This document shows, piece by piece, positions 15,025 to 23,847 of a stretch of 49,721 nucleotides of DNA. How positions within the stretch are numbered: the first letter of the stretch is position 1; the number at the start of each line of letters is the position of its first letter. The position numbers and the translations under genes were made by a program. The notes below the pieces were generated by a model. That model was not told the origin of the DNA, did not search any database, and saw only the letters and a list, made by a program, of their open reading frames with translations. The DNA is taken from the NCBI GenBank assembly GCA_030594675.1, contig JAUVES010000001.1:1-49721 (forward strand), given 5' to 3'. The DNA is from Candidatus Nanohaloarchaea archaeon. Its GTDB lineage: Archaea; EX4484-52; GLR71.

Positions 15025-15153
15025 ATGAAATCTAAATGGCAATGCTCAAAATGCAAAACAGTTATGACTTTTGACACAAACGTAGCAGAGCAAGATTTCA
15101 AATGCTCTCGCTGCGGAAACAGATATCTTGTGCCAATCAAGAAGAAGGAATAG
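15025..15153 (+). CDS. 42-aa zinc-ribbon protein (below ORF-track cutoff)
   Basis: MKSKWQCSKCKTVMTFDTNVAEQDFKCSRCGNRYLVPIKKKE; CxxC x2. Confidence 0.5.
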   Translation: MKSKWQCSKCKTVMTFDTNVAEQDFKCSRCGNRYLVPIKKKE

Positions 15154-15157
15154 TAAA

Positions 15158-15358
15158 ATGATATATAAGAAAGCATTATTATATAAAAGTTATTCAAAAA
15201 AAGAAGATCCTGTCGAAACTGTTACAGTGCTGCCTATTGGAACAGTTGCTGATGATGATGGATCATATATAGCTATATCTGTAATAAGAAAAAATGGCGA
15301 AGTTATAGAAGTGGAGCATGATCGTATTAGATTTATAGATTTAGATAAGGAGACCTAA
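15158..15358 (+). CDS. Hypothetical 66-aa protein
   Basis: ATG 15158 follows AAGGAA. The listed TTG 15128 overlaps the zinc-ribbon ORF. Confidence 0.6.
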   Translation: MIYKKALLYKSYSKKEDPVETVTVLPIGTVADDDGSYIAISVIRKNGEVIEVEHDRIRFIDLDKET

Positions 15359-15359
15359 A

Positions 15360-15605
15360 ATGTTTGGATATAGAATATTTTGGAAGCACAAAGATTTCAA
15401 AACTGACTCGAAAGGGCCGATTTTAAGACACTCAGAAAAAGGAAAAGTTAGAATTAAAACTGGCAAGCTTTTCACAAAACTTGAGGCAGCTGACGTTTGC
15501 GAGAGGTTTCAAAAAGCTGGCAAAAAGTATAAATCTAAAACTACCAAAGATAAAACTAAATATCTGCCAGTCGTAACTCATTGGGTTAGAGAAGTTTTAG
15601 TATAA
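15360..15605 (+). CDS. Hypothetical basic 81-aa protein
   Basis: AAGGAGACC precedes the ATG. Confidence 0.6.
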   Translation: MFGYRIFWKHKDFKTDSKGPILRHSEKGKVRIKTGKLFTKLEAADVCERFQKAGKKYKSKTTKDKTKYLPVVTHWVREVLV

Positions 15606-15621
15606 CTGTAAAGGACTCAGA

Positions 15622-15861
15622 ATGACTACAATCTTAGATCTCCAGCAATCAATCTCAACAATGTCCAAAGATCAACTTTTGGAACATATAAGAACAATCC
15701 GTTCGCTTAGAAGAATGATTCCAGAGAAAGCTGTGAGAAAAGCTAATGCAAAAAAGACGACTGGAAAAAAGAATCTAAGTATCAAAAATCATTTGGAAAC
15801 CCTAAGCGAAAATGAAAAACAAGCAATGATAGAGCTTTTACTTAAACGAAAGGGAGCCTAA
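15622..15861 (+). CDS. Hypothetical 79-aa protein
   Basis: AAAGGA precedes the ATG. The C-terminal tail ..LSENEKQAMIELLLKRKGA is shared with 9067..9489. Confidence 0.6.
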   Translation: MTTILDLQQSISTMSKDQLLEHIRTIRSLRRMIPEKAVRKANAKKTTGKKNLSIKNHLETLSENEKQAMIELLLKRKGA

Positions 15862-15864
15862 AGA

Positions 15865-17223
15865 ATGTCTAAAGACGATCTAATACTGAAAATAAGTAAC
15901 ATAGAGTTTATTGAAATACCAATTGATAAGATAGAAGTAACTGATAGATTTAGAGAAGACCTTGGTGATATAGATGCTCTGGCGTCTTCAATTTCCAAGG
16001 AAGGTCTAATTCAGCCAGTGGCAATCTGCAAAAATTCTGCAGAATCGTCAACCGTCTTTCCCTACAAGCTTCTTGCTGGCGGTCGCCGTTATGCAGCCTT
16101 AAGTCACATTGCTAAGACTCATGGACTTGAAACTATCTCTTGTCGACTTTATCCTGGTGAGCTATCAGAACTCCAAATGCGTATGCTTGAGTTCGCTGAA
16201 AACCTCTATCGCAAAGACATGACATGGCAAGAGGAAGATCGTCTCAAACGCCGTATCTATGAGCTCCAACAACAGATTCAGGGTAAAAAGACCTCAACAG
16301 CTAAGAACGCTCCAGGCTTCTCCCTTGCTGATATGTCTAAGATGACTGGAAGCTCAAAGGGAAGCCTCAGTGAGTCTATTTCGCTTGCTAAAATGATGGA
16401 ATCAACTCCTGGCGTAAACTGGGACGGTTTTAAGACTCGCAGTGATGCAATGAAGGCAGTCAAGGGTGCGAAGAAAGTCGTCCAACAATCTGCCGATGCT
16501 AAGATTGCAGTTGCGTCTATGGGCGAAGGAGATACAAAGAAAAAGAAACTCATCAACAGCTATCACGTCAAAGACTTTTTTGAGGGAGTAAAGAAGATCG
16601 GCAACAACACTATTGATTTTATTGAGATTGATCCCCCATATTCTATTGATCTAAAGAACGTCAAGAAAGATTACGACTACAGTAGCTATACTGAAATTCA
16701 TCCTGACAAATACTCTGATTTTATGCTTAGCTTATTTAGAGAATCTTACCGTGTCTTAAAGCCCAATAGTTGGATGATCTGTTGGTTCGGTTCTGAGCCA
16801 TGGCATGAGAAAATCTATCAGTGGCTAGTCAGCAGTAAGTTTCAGACAACTAGACTCTGCGGAATTTGGGTAAAGGGTCAAGGTCAAAGCCTTAATCCAG
16901 ATCGTTGTCTAGCTAACAGTTATGAGACATTCTTTTATGCGAGAAAAGGCTCTCCAATGCTAAATAGACCGGGCTCAACTAATGTTTTTGACTATAGTCC
17001 AATACCTCCACAGTTAAAGGTACATCCAACAGAACGTTCTATCGAATTGATGGAAGATATTTTAACAACTTTTACAGCTCCTAACGCTAATGTCTTAGTT
17101 CCATTTGCAGGCTCTGGAAATACTCTTATCGCAGCTGCTAAACAACAGATGATACCTATAGGATTTGATTTAGCTAAAGAGTACCAGGAGTCTTACTCAA
17201 TTAAGATTCACAAAATGTTTTAG
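15865..17223 (+). CDS. ParB-like nuclease domain fused to a DNA methyltransferase (N6-A/N4-C, beta class)
   Basis: N-terminal ParB-type LLAGGRRYAAL. Motif IV IDPPY precedes motif I PFAGSGNT. Confidence 0.85.
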   Translation: MSKDDLILKISNIEFIEIPIDKIEVTDRFREDLGDIDALASSISKEGLIQPVAICKNSAESSTVFPYKLLAGGRRYAALSHIAKTHGLETISCRLYPGELSELQMRMLEFAENLYRKDMTWQEEDRLKRRIYELQQQIQGKKTSTAKNAPGFSLADMSKMTGSSKGSLSESISLAKMMESTPGVNWDGFKTRSDAMKAVKGAKKVVQQSADAKIAVASMGEGDTKKKKLINSYHVKDFFEGVKKIGNNTIDFIEIDPPYSIDLKNVKKDYDYSSYTEIHPDKYSDFMLSLFRESYRVLKPNSWMICWFGSEPWHEKIYQWLVSSKFQTTRLCGIWVKGQGQSLNPDRCLANSYETFFYARKGSPMLNRPGSTNVFDYSPIPPQLKVHPTERSIELMEDILTTFTAPNANVLVPFAGSGNTLIAAAKQQMIPIGFDLAKEYQESYSIKIHKMF

Positions 17224-17231
17224 GAGATAAT

Positions 17232-19856
17232 ATGAAACTACCCTCATCTAGAACTCTCGTTCCGCCATCAGGCCGTCTTGATGCTAAGTATGTGCTCGTA
17301 GGCGAGCAACCAGGCAAAGTCGAAGTACGTGATAGAAAACCTTTCACTGGGCCTGCAGGTAATGAGTTGAATAGAGATCTAAACTCTGCCTTTATAAGTA
17401 GGCCTCTCTGCTATCTGACAAACGTCTTAAAGGATCTAGACCAGCCATCAGAGAGTTATATTCAGCTCTACAAAAACAAACGGCTTTTAAAGGAACCTAT
17501 CATTAGTGAAAAAGGTCAAGCTTATATTGACTTTCTCCAATGGGAGCTCAGGCAAACCACCACAAAAGTCTTCGGTGCTATCGGAGCTATCTCAATGTAC
17601 GTGCTAACTGGTAAGATTGGAATCCAAAAGTGGCGAGGCTCAATTCTCGACTGCACGCTTGTCGAAGGCAGAAAAGTCATACCTCTTCTGCATCCAGCCA
17701 CGGTCATAGCTCCAAAATATAATTATCTCAACCGCCGTCTGATAGTTTTTGATCTAAAGCGTTTAAATGAACTGGCTTCAGATCTTTACATTCCAACTGA
17801 ACGTGAGATTATCATCGAACCTACGTTCACACAGACAATGGAGTTTTTAGAATTCTGTCTAACCGAAGGTCTTCGTGGAAACAGAGTCAGTTATGATATC
17901 GAAGTCTATATGAAGCGAGTTCATAAGGAAATCTCTTGTATTGCTTTCGCTGTTGGTCTTCGTTCTATCTGCATTCCCTTTGCAAACGCAAGCGGAGACT
18001 ATTTTCTCCTCGATCAAGAAGCCGCTGTTTGGAAGAAAATAGCTGAGATTCTCGAACACCCAGATATTCGCATCGTGGCTCAGAACATAACTTTTGATAG
18101 CCACTTCTTGCTCCGAACCTATGGAATCTGCGTAAACAATCTTGATGACACAATGGTAGCTCAGAATATTATTCTCTCAGATTATCCAAAAGGCCTTCAT
18201 TTTATAACTAATCTTTTCACTGATCATCCTTATTATAAAGACGATGGAAAAGACTTTGTAGGCACAAGCTCTGAAAACTACAAACAATACTGGCGCTACA
18301 ACGCTACTGATGCCATCATATGCTCCGAAGCTATGCCTAAGCAGATAGAAGAAATTAATCGTCTTAATGATCTTTCAATCTATCATAATCAAATCAAGAT
18401 CATCAGCCCTCTCGTCTACATGATGGAGCGAGGAATAAAAGTAGACGTTGAGGGAATGCAAAAACTCTGTTCGGAATATGAACAAAGAATAAATGAAAAT
18501 CAACTAGAACTGAATAAGCTTGTCGGAGAGCCTCTCAATGCTAAGAGTCCTAAGCAGTTAAAAGAATATTTCTTCGGAAAGAAAAATATCCAGCCATATA
18601 AAGAGAAAGGCGCCATTACCTATAACGATCTCGCTATGACAAGACTCAAAAGAAGAGGCTTTAAGGAAGCTGAATACATTCAGGCAATAAGACGCTTTAC
18701 TAAGCTTCGATCTACATATCTGGATATTACAAAGATTGACGAAGATGGTCGTTGGAGATGTAGCTTCAACCCTGCTGGAACTCGCTTTAGTCGCCTAAGT
18801 TCTAGCGCTAACATTTGGGGAAGTGGTGGAAACACTCAAAACATTCCTCATGATTTGCAAGAGTTCTTCCTCCCTGACGAAGGTTATGTTTATTATGCAT
18901 TCGATTTAGAACAAGCTGAGAATCGAATCGTAGCTTATGTTGGTGAGATAATCGAGATGATAGAATGCTTCGAGAAAGATATTGACGTTCATGCCAGAAC
19001 CGGCAGAATGATAATGAATATCTTTTATAATGGAAAGATCCCAGAAGACGTCAACGTCAGAGATCTCTGCCACTTTGGCGATGGTACTCATACATGGAGG
19101 GACTGGGGAAAGAAAGCTAACCATGGCTTCAATTATGATTGGAGTTACAAAGCATTTGCCCTTAAAAATGAGATGGCTGAGAAAGACGGCAAACTCGTCT
19201 ATGATGGTTATCACAAGCTATATCCAGGCGTCCAACAGAACTTTCACGCATATGTCAGACATCAGTTGAGAACTACACGTTCACTTACGAATCTTATGGG
19301 CAGAAAAACACTTTTCATGAATGCCCTCAAAGGCCCTATGGCAGATAATACGTTTAAGGAAGCTTATAGTTGTATTCCACAAGGCACAGTTGGAGATATT
19401 ATAAACAAACGAGGCCTTAATTATATCTATTATAACCAGTTATTATTTTCATCAATCGAACTTCTTAGACAAGTCCATGACGAAATAGGCTTCCAGATTC
19501 CCTTAAAAGTCCCTTGGGTTGTTCATGCTCAAATGCTTCTACAGATAAAAAATAGTCTTGAACAGCCTTTGAAAACTCACAATGGCCGGAGCTTCGTTAT
19601 ACCAGCAGGTCTGACAATGGGAAAGACCTTGAACAAGTCTAGCAAAGTTTCATGTAGAGATATAGACATGTCTTCAAAAAATATATGGCTGGCAGACCCT
19701 GATAAGATAAATATGAAAGATTTAGAAGACCTAAACAAACCTGGTAAAGTCATAAGATATACTGGAAATATAAATGATTGTGCACAACCCTTAGACAGCG
19801 CAGAGATTCTTGCAAAAACCTTAGAAAAGACCTGGGAGGAGCTAAACAATGCCTAA
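17232..19856 (+). CDS. Family A DNA polymerase with 3'-5' exonuclease and an N-terminal UDG-like (family 4-like) domain
   Basis: UDG-like VLVGEQPG...PFTGPAG...LLHPA. Exo motifs YDIEV, NITFDSHFL, YNATDA. Pol motif A FDLEQAENRI, motif B KKANHGFNY, motif C VHDE. Confidence 0.9.
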   Translation: MKLPSSRTLVPPSGRLDAKYVLVGEQPGKVEVRDRKPFTGPAGNELNRDLNSAFISRPLCYLTNVLKDLDQPSESYIQLYKNKRLLKEPIISEKGQAYIDFLQWELRQTTTKVFGAIGAISMYVLTGKIGIQKWRGSILDCTLVEGRKVIPLLHPATVIAPKYNYLNRRLIVFDLKRLNELASDLYIPTEREIIIEPTFTQTMEFLEFCLTEGLRGNRVSYDIEVYMKRVHKEISCIAFAVGLRSICIPFANASGDYFLLDQEAAVWKKIAEILEHPDIRIVAQNITFDSHFLLRTYGICVNNLDDTMVAQNIILSDYPKGLHFITNLFTDHPYYKDDGKDFVGTSSENYKQYWRYNATDAIICSEAMPKQIEEINRLNDLSIYHNQIKIISPLVYMMERGIKVDVEGMQKLCSEYEQRINENQLELNKLVGEPLNAKSPKQLKEYFFGKKNIQPYKEKGAITYNDLAMTRLKRRGFKEAEYIQAIRRFTKLRSTYLDITKIDEDGRWRCSFNPAGTRFSRLSSSANIWGSGGNTQNIPHDLQEFFLPDEGYVYYAFDLEQAENRIVAYVGEIIEMIECFEKDIDVHARTGRMIMNIFYNGKIPEDVNVRDLCHFGDGTHTWRDWGKKANHGFNYDWSYKAFALKNEMAEKDGKLVYDGYHKLYPGVQQNFHAYVRHQLRTTRSLTNLMGRKTLFMNALKGPMADNTFKEAYSCIPQGTVGDIINKRGLNYIYYNQLLFSSIELLRQVHDEIGFQIPLKVPWVVHAQMLLQIKNSLEQPLKTHNGRSFVIPAGLTMGKTLNKSSKVSCRDIDMSSKNIWLADPDKINMKDLEDLNKPGKVIRYTGNINDCAQPLDSAEILAKTLEKTWEELNNA

Positions 19857-20031
19857 CTCAATAGACAGATCAATAGAAATTCAAAATGAACTAAAGGCTA
19901 TGGCACTTTCTATATTTTATAAGATTCGAAAATACTTGCCGCCAAAAGTTATGAATGATTATCTGTGGAGTACTCATGAGGAATTCAGTAATAAGTATAT
20001 GAAAAGCCTACCAGAAAAGGAGATCTTATGA
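19849..20031 (+). CDS. Hypothetical 60-aa protein
   Basis: GGGAGGAG precedes the ATG; overlaps the polymerase stop. Confidence 0.55.
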   Translation: MPNSIDRSIEIQNELKAMALSIFYKIRKYLPPKVMNDYLWSTHEEFSNKYMKSLPEKEIL

Positions 20032-20204
20032 TGAACAAAGCAACTTATGACCGAATAATGGAAGAAGTTAAAAGTCGAACTGGAGCTAACAAAGGAGATA
20101 AAGCTTATTTTCAAAAAGATATTTTAGAACTAGTCTCAACCAGTATCAAGGTTGCAATAGCAGAAGAACTCTTAAATCGGAACTGTTGTAAACATGACAG
20201 ATAA
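20028..20204 (+). CDS. Hypothetical 58-aa protein (below ORF-track cutoff)
   Basis: AAGGAG precedes ATG 20028. MMNKATYDRIMEEVKSRTG.., TAA at 20202. Confidence 0.45.
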   Translation: MMNKATYDRIMEEVKSRTGANKGDKAYFQKDILELVSTSIKVAIAEELLNRNCCKHDR

Positions 20205-21417
20205 AAGAATCTTAGACGACTGGATTGAAAGCTACATGCAATATACCTTTGATGAAGAGCCTCCTGTGATGTTCAACCGCTGGATGGCCATCTCAGTTAT
20301 TGCAGCTGCGCTTCAGCGAAAATGCTGCTTGAGATGGGGCTCCTTGATCTTTTATCCTAATTTTTATATCATCTTAGTCGCACCTGCTGGCAGAGCTCGT
20401 AAGGGAACATCTATGGCGATCGCAGAAAAGTATATTTCTGAGATGATGATTCCCCTTTCGCCTGACACTACGTCACTTCAAGCTCTCATAAGTCGAATGT
20501 GTGAGTGTACTAACACCGAGGAGGAAACTGAAGAAGGTTATTTTGAATCTCACTCCTCGCTTACAGCTTTTGCTCCTGAGCTAACAGTTTTTCTTGGCTA
20601 TGCAAACAAGGAGCTCATAAGTGCCCTCTGTGACTTTTATGACTGCCGACCACGCTTTGAATACAGAACAATAAGTCGTGGCATTGAAGAGATCGTTGGT
20701 GTTTATCTCAACCTTATCGGAGCCACCACACCTGAACTCATAAAAGGCTCTATGTCAGCTGAGACAATCGGCACGGGCTTGCCAAGTCGAATGATCTTCG
20801 TCTATGAACACAAGATTGAGAAGCGTGTCGTCTGTCCATTCTACATGCTATCACCGGAGGGCCAAGAGCTTAAGAGAAAACTCATCGAGGATTTGACAAA
20901 AATAAGATCCCTAAAGGGAGACTTTAAGGTCTCTAAGGACTTCCTTGGCTATTGGACAGAATGGTATGGCAACTATCCAGACGAGTGTCCTTTCGATCCT
21001 GCTCACTTCGGCTCCTATTGGGAACGTAAGCCTGCTCATGTTATGAAACTCAGTATGGTCATGAGTGCTAGTCGTTCTAATGACAAGATTATTCAGGTCT
21101 CAGATCTAAAACGAGCAATAGAACTGATTGAAATGACTGAACATAAAATGCCTTATGTTTTTCAACAAGTCGGAACTAGTTCTCAGGCTGAAAACATCCA
21201 GAGAGTTATGAACTTTATTGCAATCAAAAAGACTGTCTCAACTAAAACTCTGATGAAGGAATTTATAATGTTCGTAACTCAAACAGAACTCGATGGCATT
21301 CTTAGTGCTCTTCACATGAGTGGCTTCATTGGCGCTCCAACTATAAAAGATGGTCTGACAATCATCAGGCATAAAGATCCAACAGAAAGAGGTTTAGATG
21401 CAAATACGCTTAGATGA
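20194..21417 (+). CDS. DUF3987-like P-loop protein (possible replication helicase/loader)
   Basis: Variant Walker A LVAPAGRARKGTS and hydrophobic-DE-like RMIFVYE. Lies next to the polymerase. Confidence 0.45.
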   Translation: MTDKRILDDWIESYMQYTFDEEPPVMFNRWMAISVIAAALQRKCCLRWGSLIFYPNFYIILVAPAGRARKGTSMAIAEKYISEMMIPLSPDTTSLQALISRMCECTNTEEETEEGYFESHSSLTAFAPELTVFLGYANKELISALCDFYDCRPRFEYRTISRGIEEIVGVYLNLIGATTPELIKGSMSAETIGTGLPSRMIFVYEHKIEKRVVCPFYMLSPEGQELKRKLIEDLTKIRSLKGDFKVSKDFLGYWTEWYGNYPDECPFDPAHFGSYWERKPAHVMKLSMVMSASRSNDKIIQVSDLKRAIELIEMTEHKMPYVFQQVGTSSQAENIQRVMNFIAIKKTVSTKTLMKEFIMFVTQTELDGILSALHMSGFIGAPTIKDGLTIIRHKDPTERGLDANTLR

Positions 21418-21610
21418 TGCAACTCCTTGTTGTGGCTTACAACCTTATTTAGACACCTGGGATGAAAATGAAATGAGAAGTATTCACTGTTCTAAGTGTG
21501 AAAGAAAAACAGGATCTTATTTTATGAGATCTATGGCATATGAGGAATGGGAGAATATGATGAAAACCTTTGTTCAAAATCCGAACGAAGATAAAGGAAA
21601 GGAGATCTAA
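21398..21610 (+). CDS. Small zinc-ribbon protein (Lar-like pattern, weak)
   Basis: PCCG ... CSKC ... AYEEWENM. Its 3' end contains element M7. Confidence 0.45.
   Translation: MQIRLDDATPCCGLQPYLDTWDENEMRSIHCSKCERKTGSYFMRSMAYEEWENMMKTFVQNPNEDKGKEI
21568..21590. promoter_or_regulatory. 23-bp quasi-palindromic element M7
   Basis: CTTTGTTCAAAATCCGAACGAAG. TATGAT 21556 lies 6 nt upstream; ATG 21612 is 21 nt downstream. Confidence 0.75.
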
Positions 21611-21611
21611 A

Positions 21612-21821
21612 ATGAATGAAGAACAATTTAGACAACTTATGACAGTCTTAAAAGATATCAAAGAAGCTATTTTACTAAATGTGCCAATTGAAGAAGAACC
21701 CTTAGAACTAATTAGAAATATTCAATCAGCATTTTATCATCAACTAGAAGCTAAGACTGGTTGGGGAAGAAACGAAGTTAAAGAAATATTCGAAGCTGCT
21801 GTTGATAGTGTCATAGAATGA
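21612..21821 (+). CDS. Hypothetical 69-aa protein
   Basis: ATG 21612 follows AAAGGAAAGGAG. The listed TTG 21570 lies inside M7. Confidence 0.6.
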   Translation: MNEEQFRQLMTVLKDIKEAILLNVPIEEEPLELIRNIQSAFYHQLEAKTGWGRNEVKEIFEAAVDSVIE

Positions 21822-22135
21822 AACTTGATGATTTAAAAAGTATTGCTGCAATTCTTCACACTATATTTTGTGGTCGAGAACATGAGCTAAAGATGGAGAA
21901 CTTTGACTCCTCATCTGAAAAGTGCGGCTTTTATATTGAAACTTCTATTGACCGTTGCTGGGAGCTGAAAGAACACAAAGAATGGCTAGCTCAGGCACGG
22001 TGCTTTGTACAGATAGCACATCCAGTTTCTCCAGTGGAAATATTACAAGATCTTATTGAAGTACATAAACTGGCAACTAAATTAAAAGGAATTAATCCAA
22101 AACTCTTTAATTATGTTAAGATAATCTTTAGATAG
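21818..22135 (+). CDS. Hypothetical 105-aa protein
   Basis: ATGA overlap with the upstream gene. Confidence 0.6.
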   Translation: MKLDDLKSIAAILHTIFCGREHELKMENFDSSSEKCGFYIETSIDRCWELKEHKEWLAQARCFVQIAHPVSPVEILQDLIEVHKLATKLKGINPKLFNYVKIIFR

Positions 22136-22146
22136 GAGATGAAAAG

Positions 22147-22329
22147 ATGAAACCTGAAAATACTTTTACAGACCTTGGTATGGCAAACGCTTGGATAACA
22201 GTTCCAGAAATCATAACATCTTGTGTTGAGAAAAAGCACTCGCCAAAGAAGACTGGCGTAGGCCGTTGTCTGACTGAAGTCAGGTGTGAGCTTTGTGGGT
22301 ATAAATATCTAATAGATAGTAGTGACTAA
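22147..22329 (+). CDS. Hypothetical 60-aa protein
   Basis: AGGAG precedes the ATG; C-terminal CELCG. Confidence 0.55.
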   Translation: MKPENTFTDLGMANAWITVPEIITSCVEKKHSPKKTGVGRCLTEVRCELCGYKYLIDSSD

Positions 22330-22339
22330 GGAGGTAAAG

Positions 22340-22888
22340 ATGCTTAGAAAAAGCTGGGATAAATATTATTATGACATAGCTCTCAGAGTTTCAGAACGCT
22401 CACCTTGTCTGTCTTACAAAAGGGGAGCAATTCTCGTTAGGGATAAGATCATCATCTGCGAGGGCTATAACGGAGCAGCAAGAACTCTGCCACCTTGCGG
22501 CCCTGAGCGTCTCAAACACGACTACGTTTTAGCTCACCGCATGAACGATGCTATTAATCCAATATATGGAGATTCTGAAACTTGTCCTCGAAAGCGCTTA
22601 GGCTTTCTTCCAGGCCAAGGTCTTGAACACTGCCCCGCTGTTCATGCTGAGGCTAACTGCATTGCTAACGCTGCAAGGATGGGAATTTGTACTAAAGATT
22701 CGGATATATATCTTACTTTTGGAGTCCCTTGCAAAGACTGTCTGTCACTGTTGATTAATGCAGGAGTTAGAGAAATAGTAACTACTGGCCTAAACCGCTA
22801 TGATGCGTTGTCAGAATTTATAATCAAGATGTCAGAAGGAATTCTGAGCATTAGAACTTATGAGGAGAAAGAAGATGAAAATGATTAA
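22340..22888 (+). CDS. dCMP deaminase (CMP/dCMP-type zinc deaminase)
   Basis: HAE (AVHAEANC) and PCxxC (PCKDC). ATG 22340 follows AAGGAGG. Confidence 0.85.
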   Translation: MLRKSWDKYYYDIALRVSERSPCLSYKRGAILVRDKIIICEGYNGAARTLPPCGPERLKHDYVLAHRMNDAINPIYGDSETCPRKRLGFLPGQGLEHCPAVHAEANCIANAARMGICTKDSDIYLTFGVPCKDCLSLLINAGVREIVTTGLNRYDALSEFIIKMSEGILSIRTYEEKEDEND

Positions 22889-23111
22889 CTTAGGAGACGA
22901 AGTTGAGGATACTGTGACTGGTTTTAGAGGAATAGCTGTGGCCAAGCACATCTTTCTACATGGAATCTCAACTGTATCAGTTCAACCTCTGCTAGATTGT
23001 TATGGAATCTTACCTGAACATGAGATTTTTGCAGAAGCTCAGTTAAAGGTTCTAAAAAACTATATTAAAAAAGAACCTACAAAATTAGAAATAGCAAAGG
23101 AGACTATCTAA
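22875..23111 (+). CDS. Hypothetical 78-aa protein
   Basis: GAGGAG lies 7 nt before ATG 22875. Confidence 0.55.
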   Translation: MKMINLGDEVEDTVTGFRGIAVAKHIFLHGISTVSVQPLLDCYGILPEHEIFAEAQLKVLKNYIKKEPTKLEIAKETI

Positions 23112-23716
23112 TGGAACTATTTTTCGATGTTGAGACGAGTGGATTTATAGACAAAAAACTAGCTGCTACTCATAAAGATCAGGCTTGGGCTATGCAACTT
23201 GGATATATTCTCAGTGACAGAGATCGAATCTATACAGAGTTTAGTTCGCTTATAACTTCTAATGGGCGAGCTTGCAACTCTCATGCTCAAAGAGTTCATG
23301 GAATCTCAACTACTGACTGCGATAAAGGTGGGATGTCTGAAGCTAATATTCTCAACTCTGTCGTTCATGGCTTTTTTCTAGCTGATGTTCTTGTCGCTCA
23401 TAACTATACATTTGACATTGAGTTTATTGATCAGTTTATCTGGCGCAGCAATACGAAGTGGGCAGGCTTAAAGCAAATTCCCTTCTTTTGCACTATGAAA
23501 GAAACTACAAATCTTTGCAAGCTTCCTCAGCCAAAATATCCAGGAAAATTTAAGTGGCCTAAGCTCGAGGAGCTTTATAGTTTTCTCTTCAATGAACCGC
23601 TTGTTGGAGCTCATGATGCTCTAACAGATGTTCGGGCAACTCGAAGATGCTTCTACAAGCTTCAAGATGTTGGGTTTATGGGTGGGACTGATCAACTGAA
23701 ATCACTAGCCGGTTGA
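23111..23716 (+). CDS. DnaQ/epsilon-like 3'-5' exonuclease
   Basis: ExoI FFDVETSG, ExoII AHNYTFDIEF, ExoIII GAHDALTDV. Confidence 0.85.
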   Translation: MELFFDVETSGFIDKKLAATHKDQAWAMQLGYILSDRDRIYTEFSSLITSNGRACNSHAQRVHGISTTDCDKGGMSEANILNSVVHGFFLADVLVAHNYTFDIEFIDQFIWRSNTKWAGLKQIPFFCTMKETTNLCKLPQPKYPGKFKWPKLEELYSFLFNEPLVGAHDALTDVRATRRCFYKLQDVGFMGGTDQLKSLAG

Positions 23717-23847
23717 ATATGCCCAAATTTCGACCGGATTAATGCCTAGAATCCATAATCAAATGTTCCTAATACAATTGGGTACGCCAACATTAAATGC
23801 CGGCATACGGGCAACTAAAAACCAGACGTTTTTGAAAGGAGATCAAG

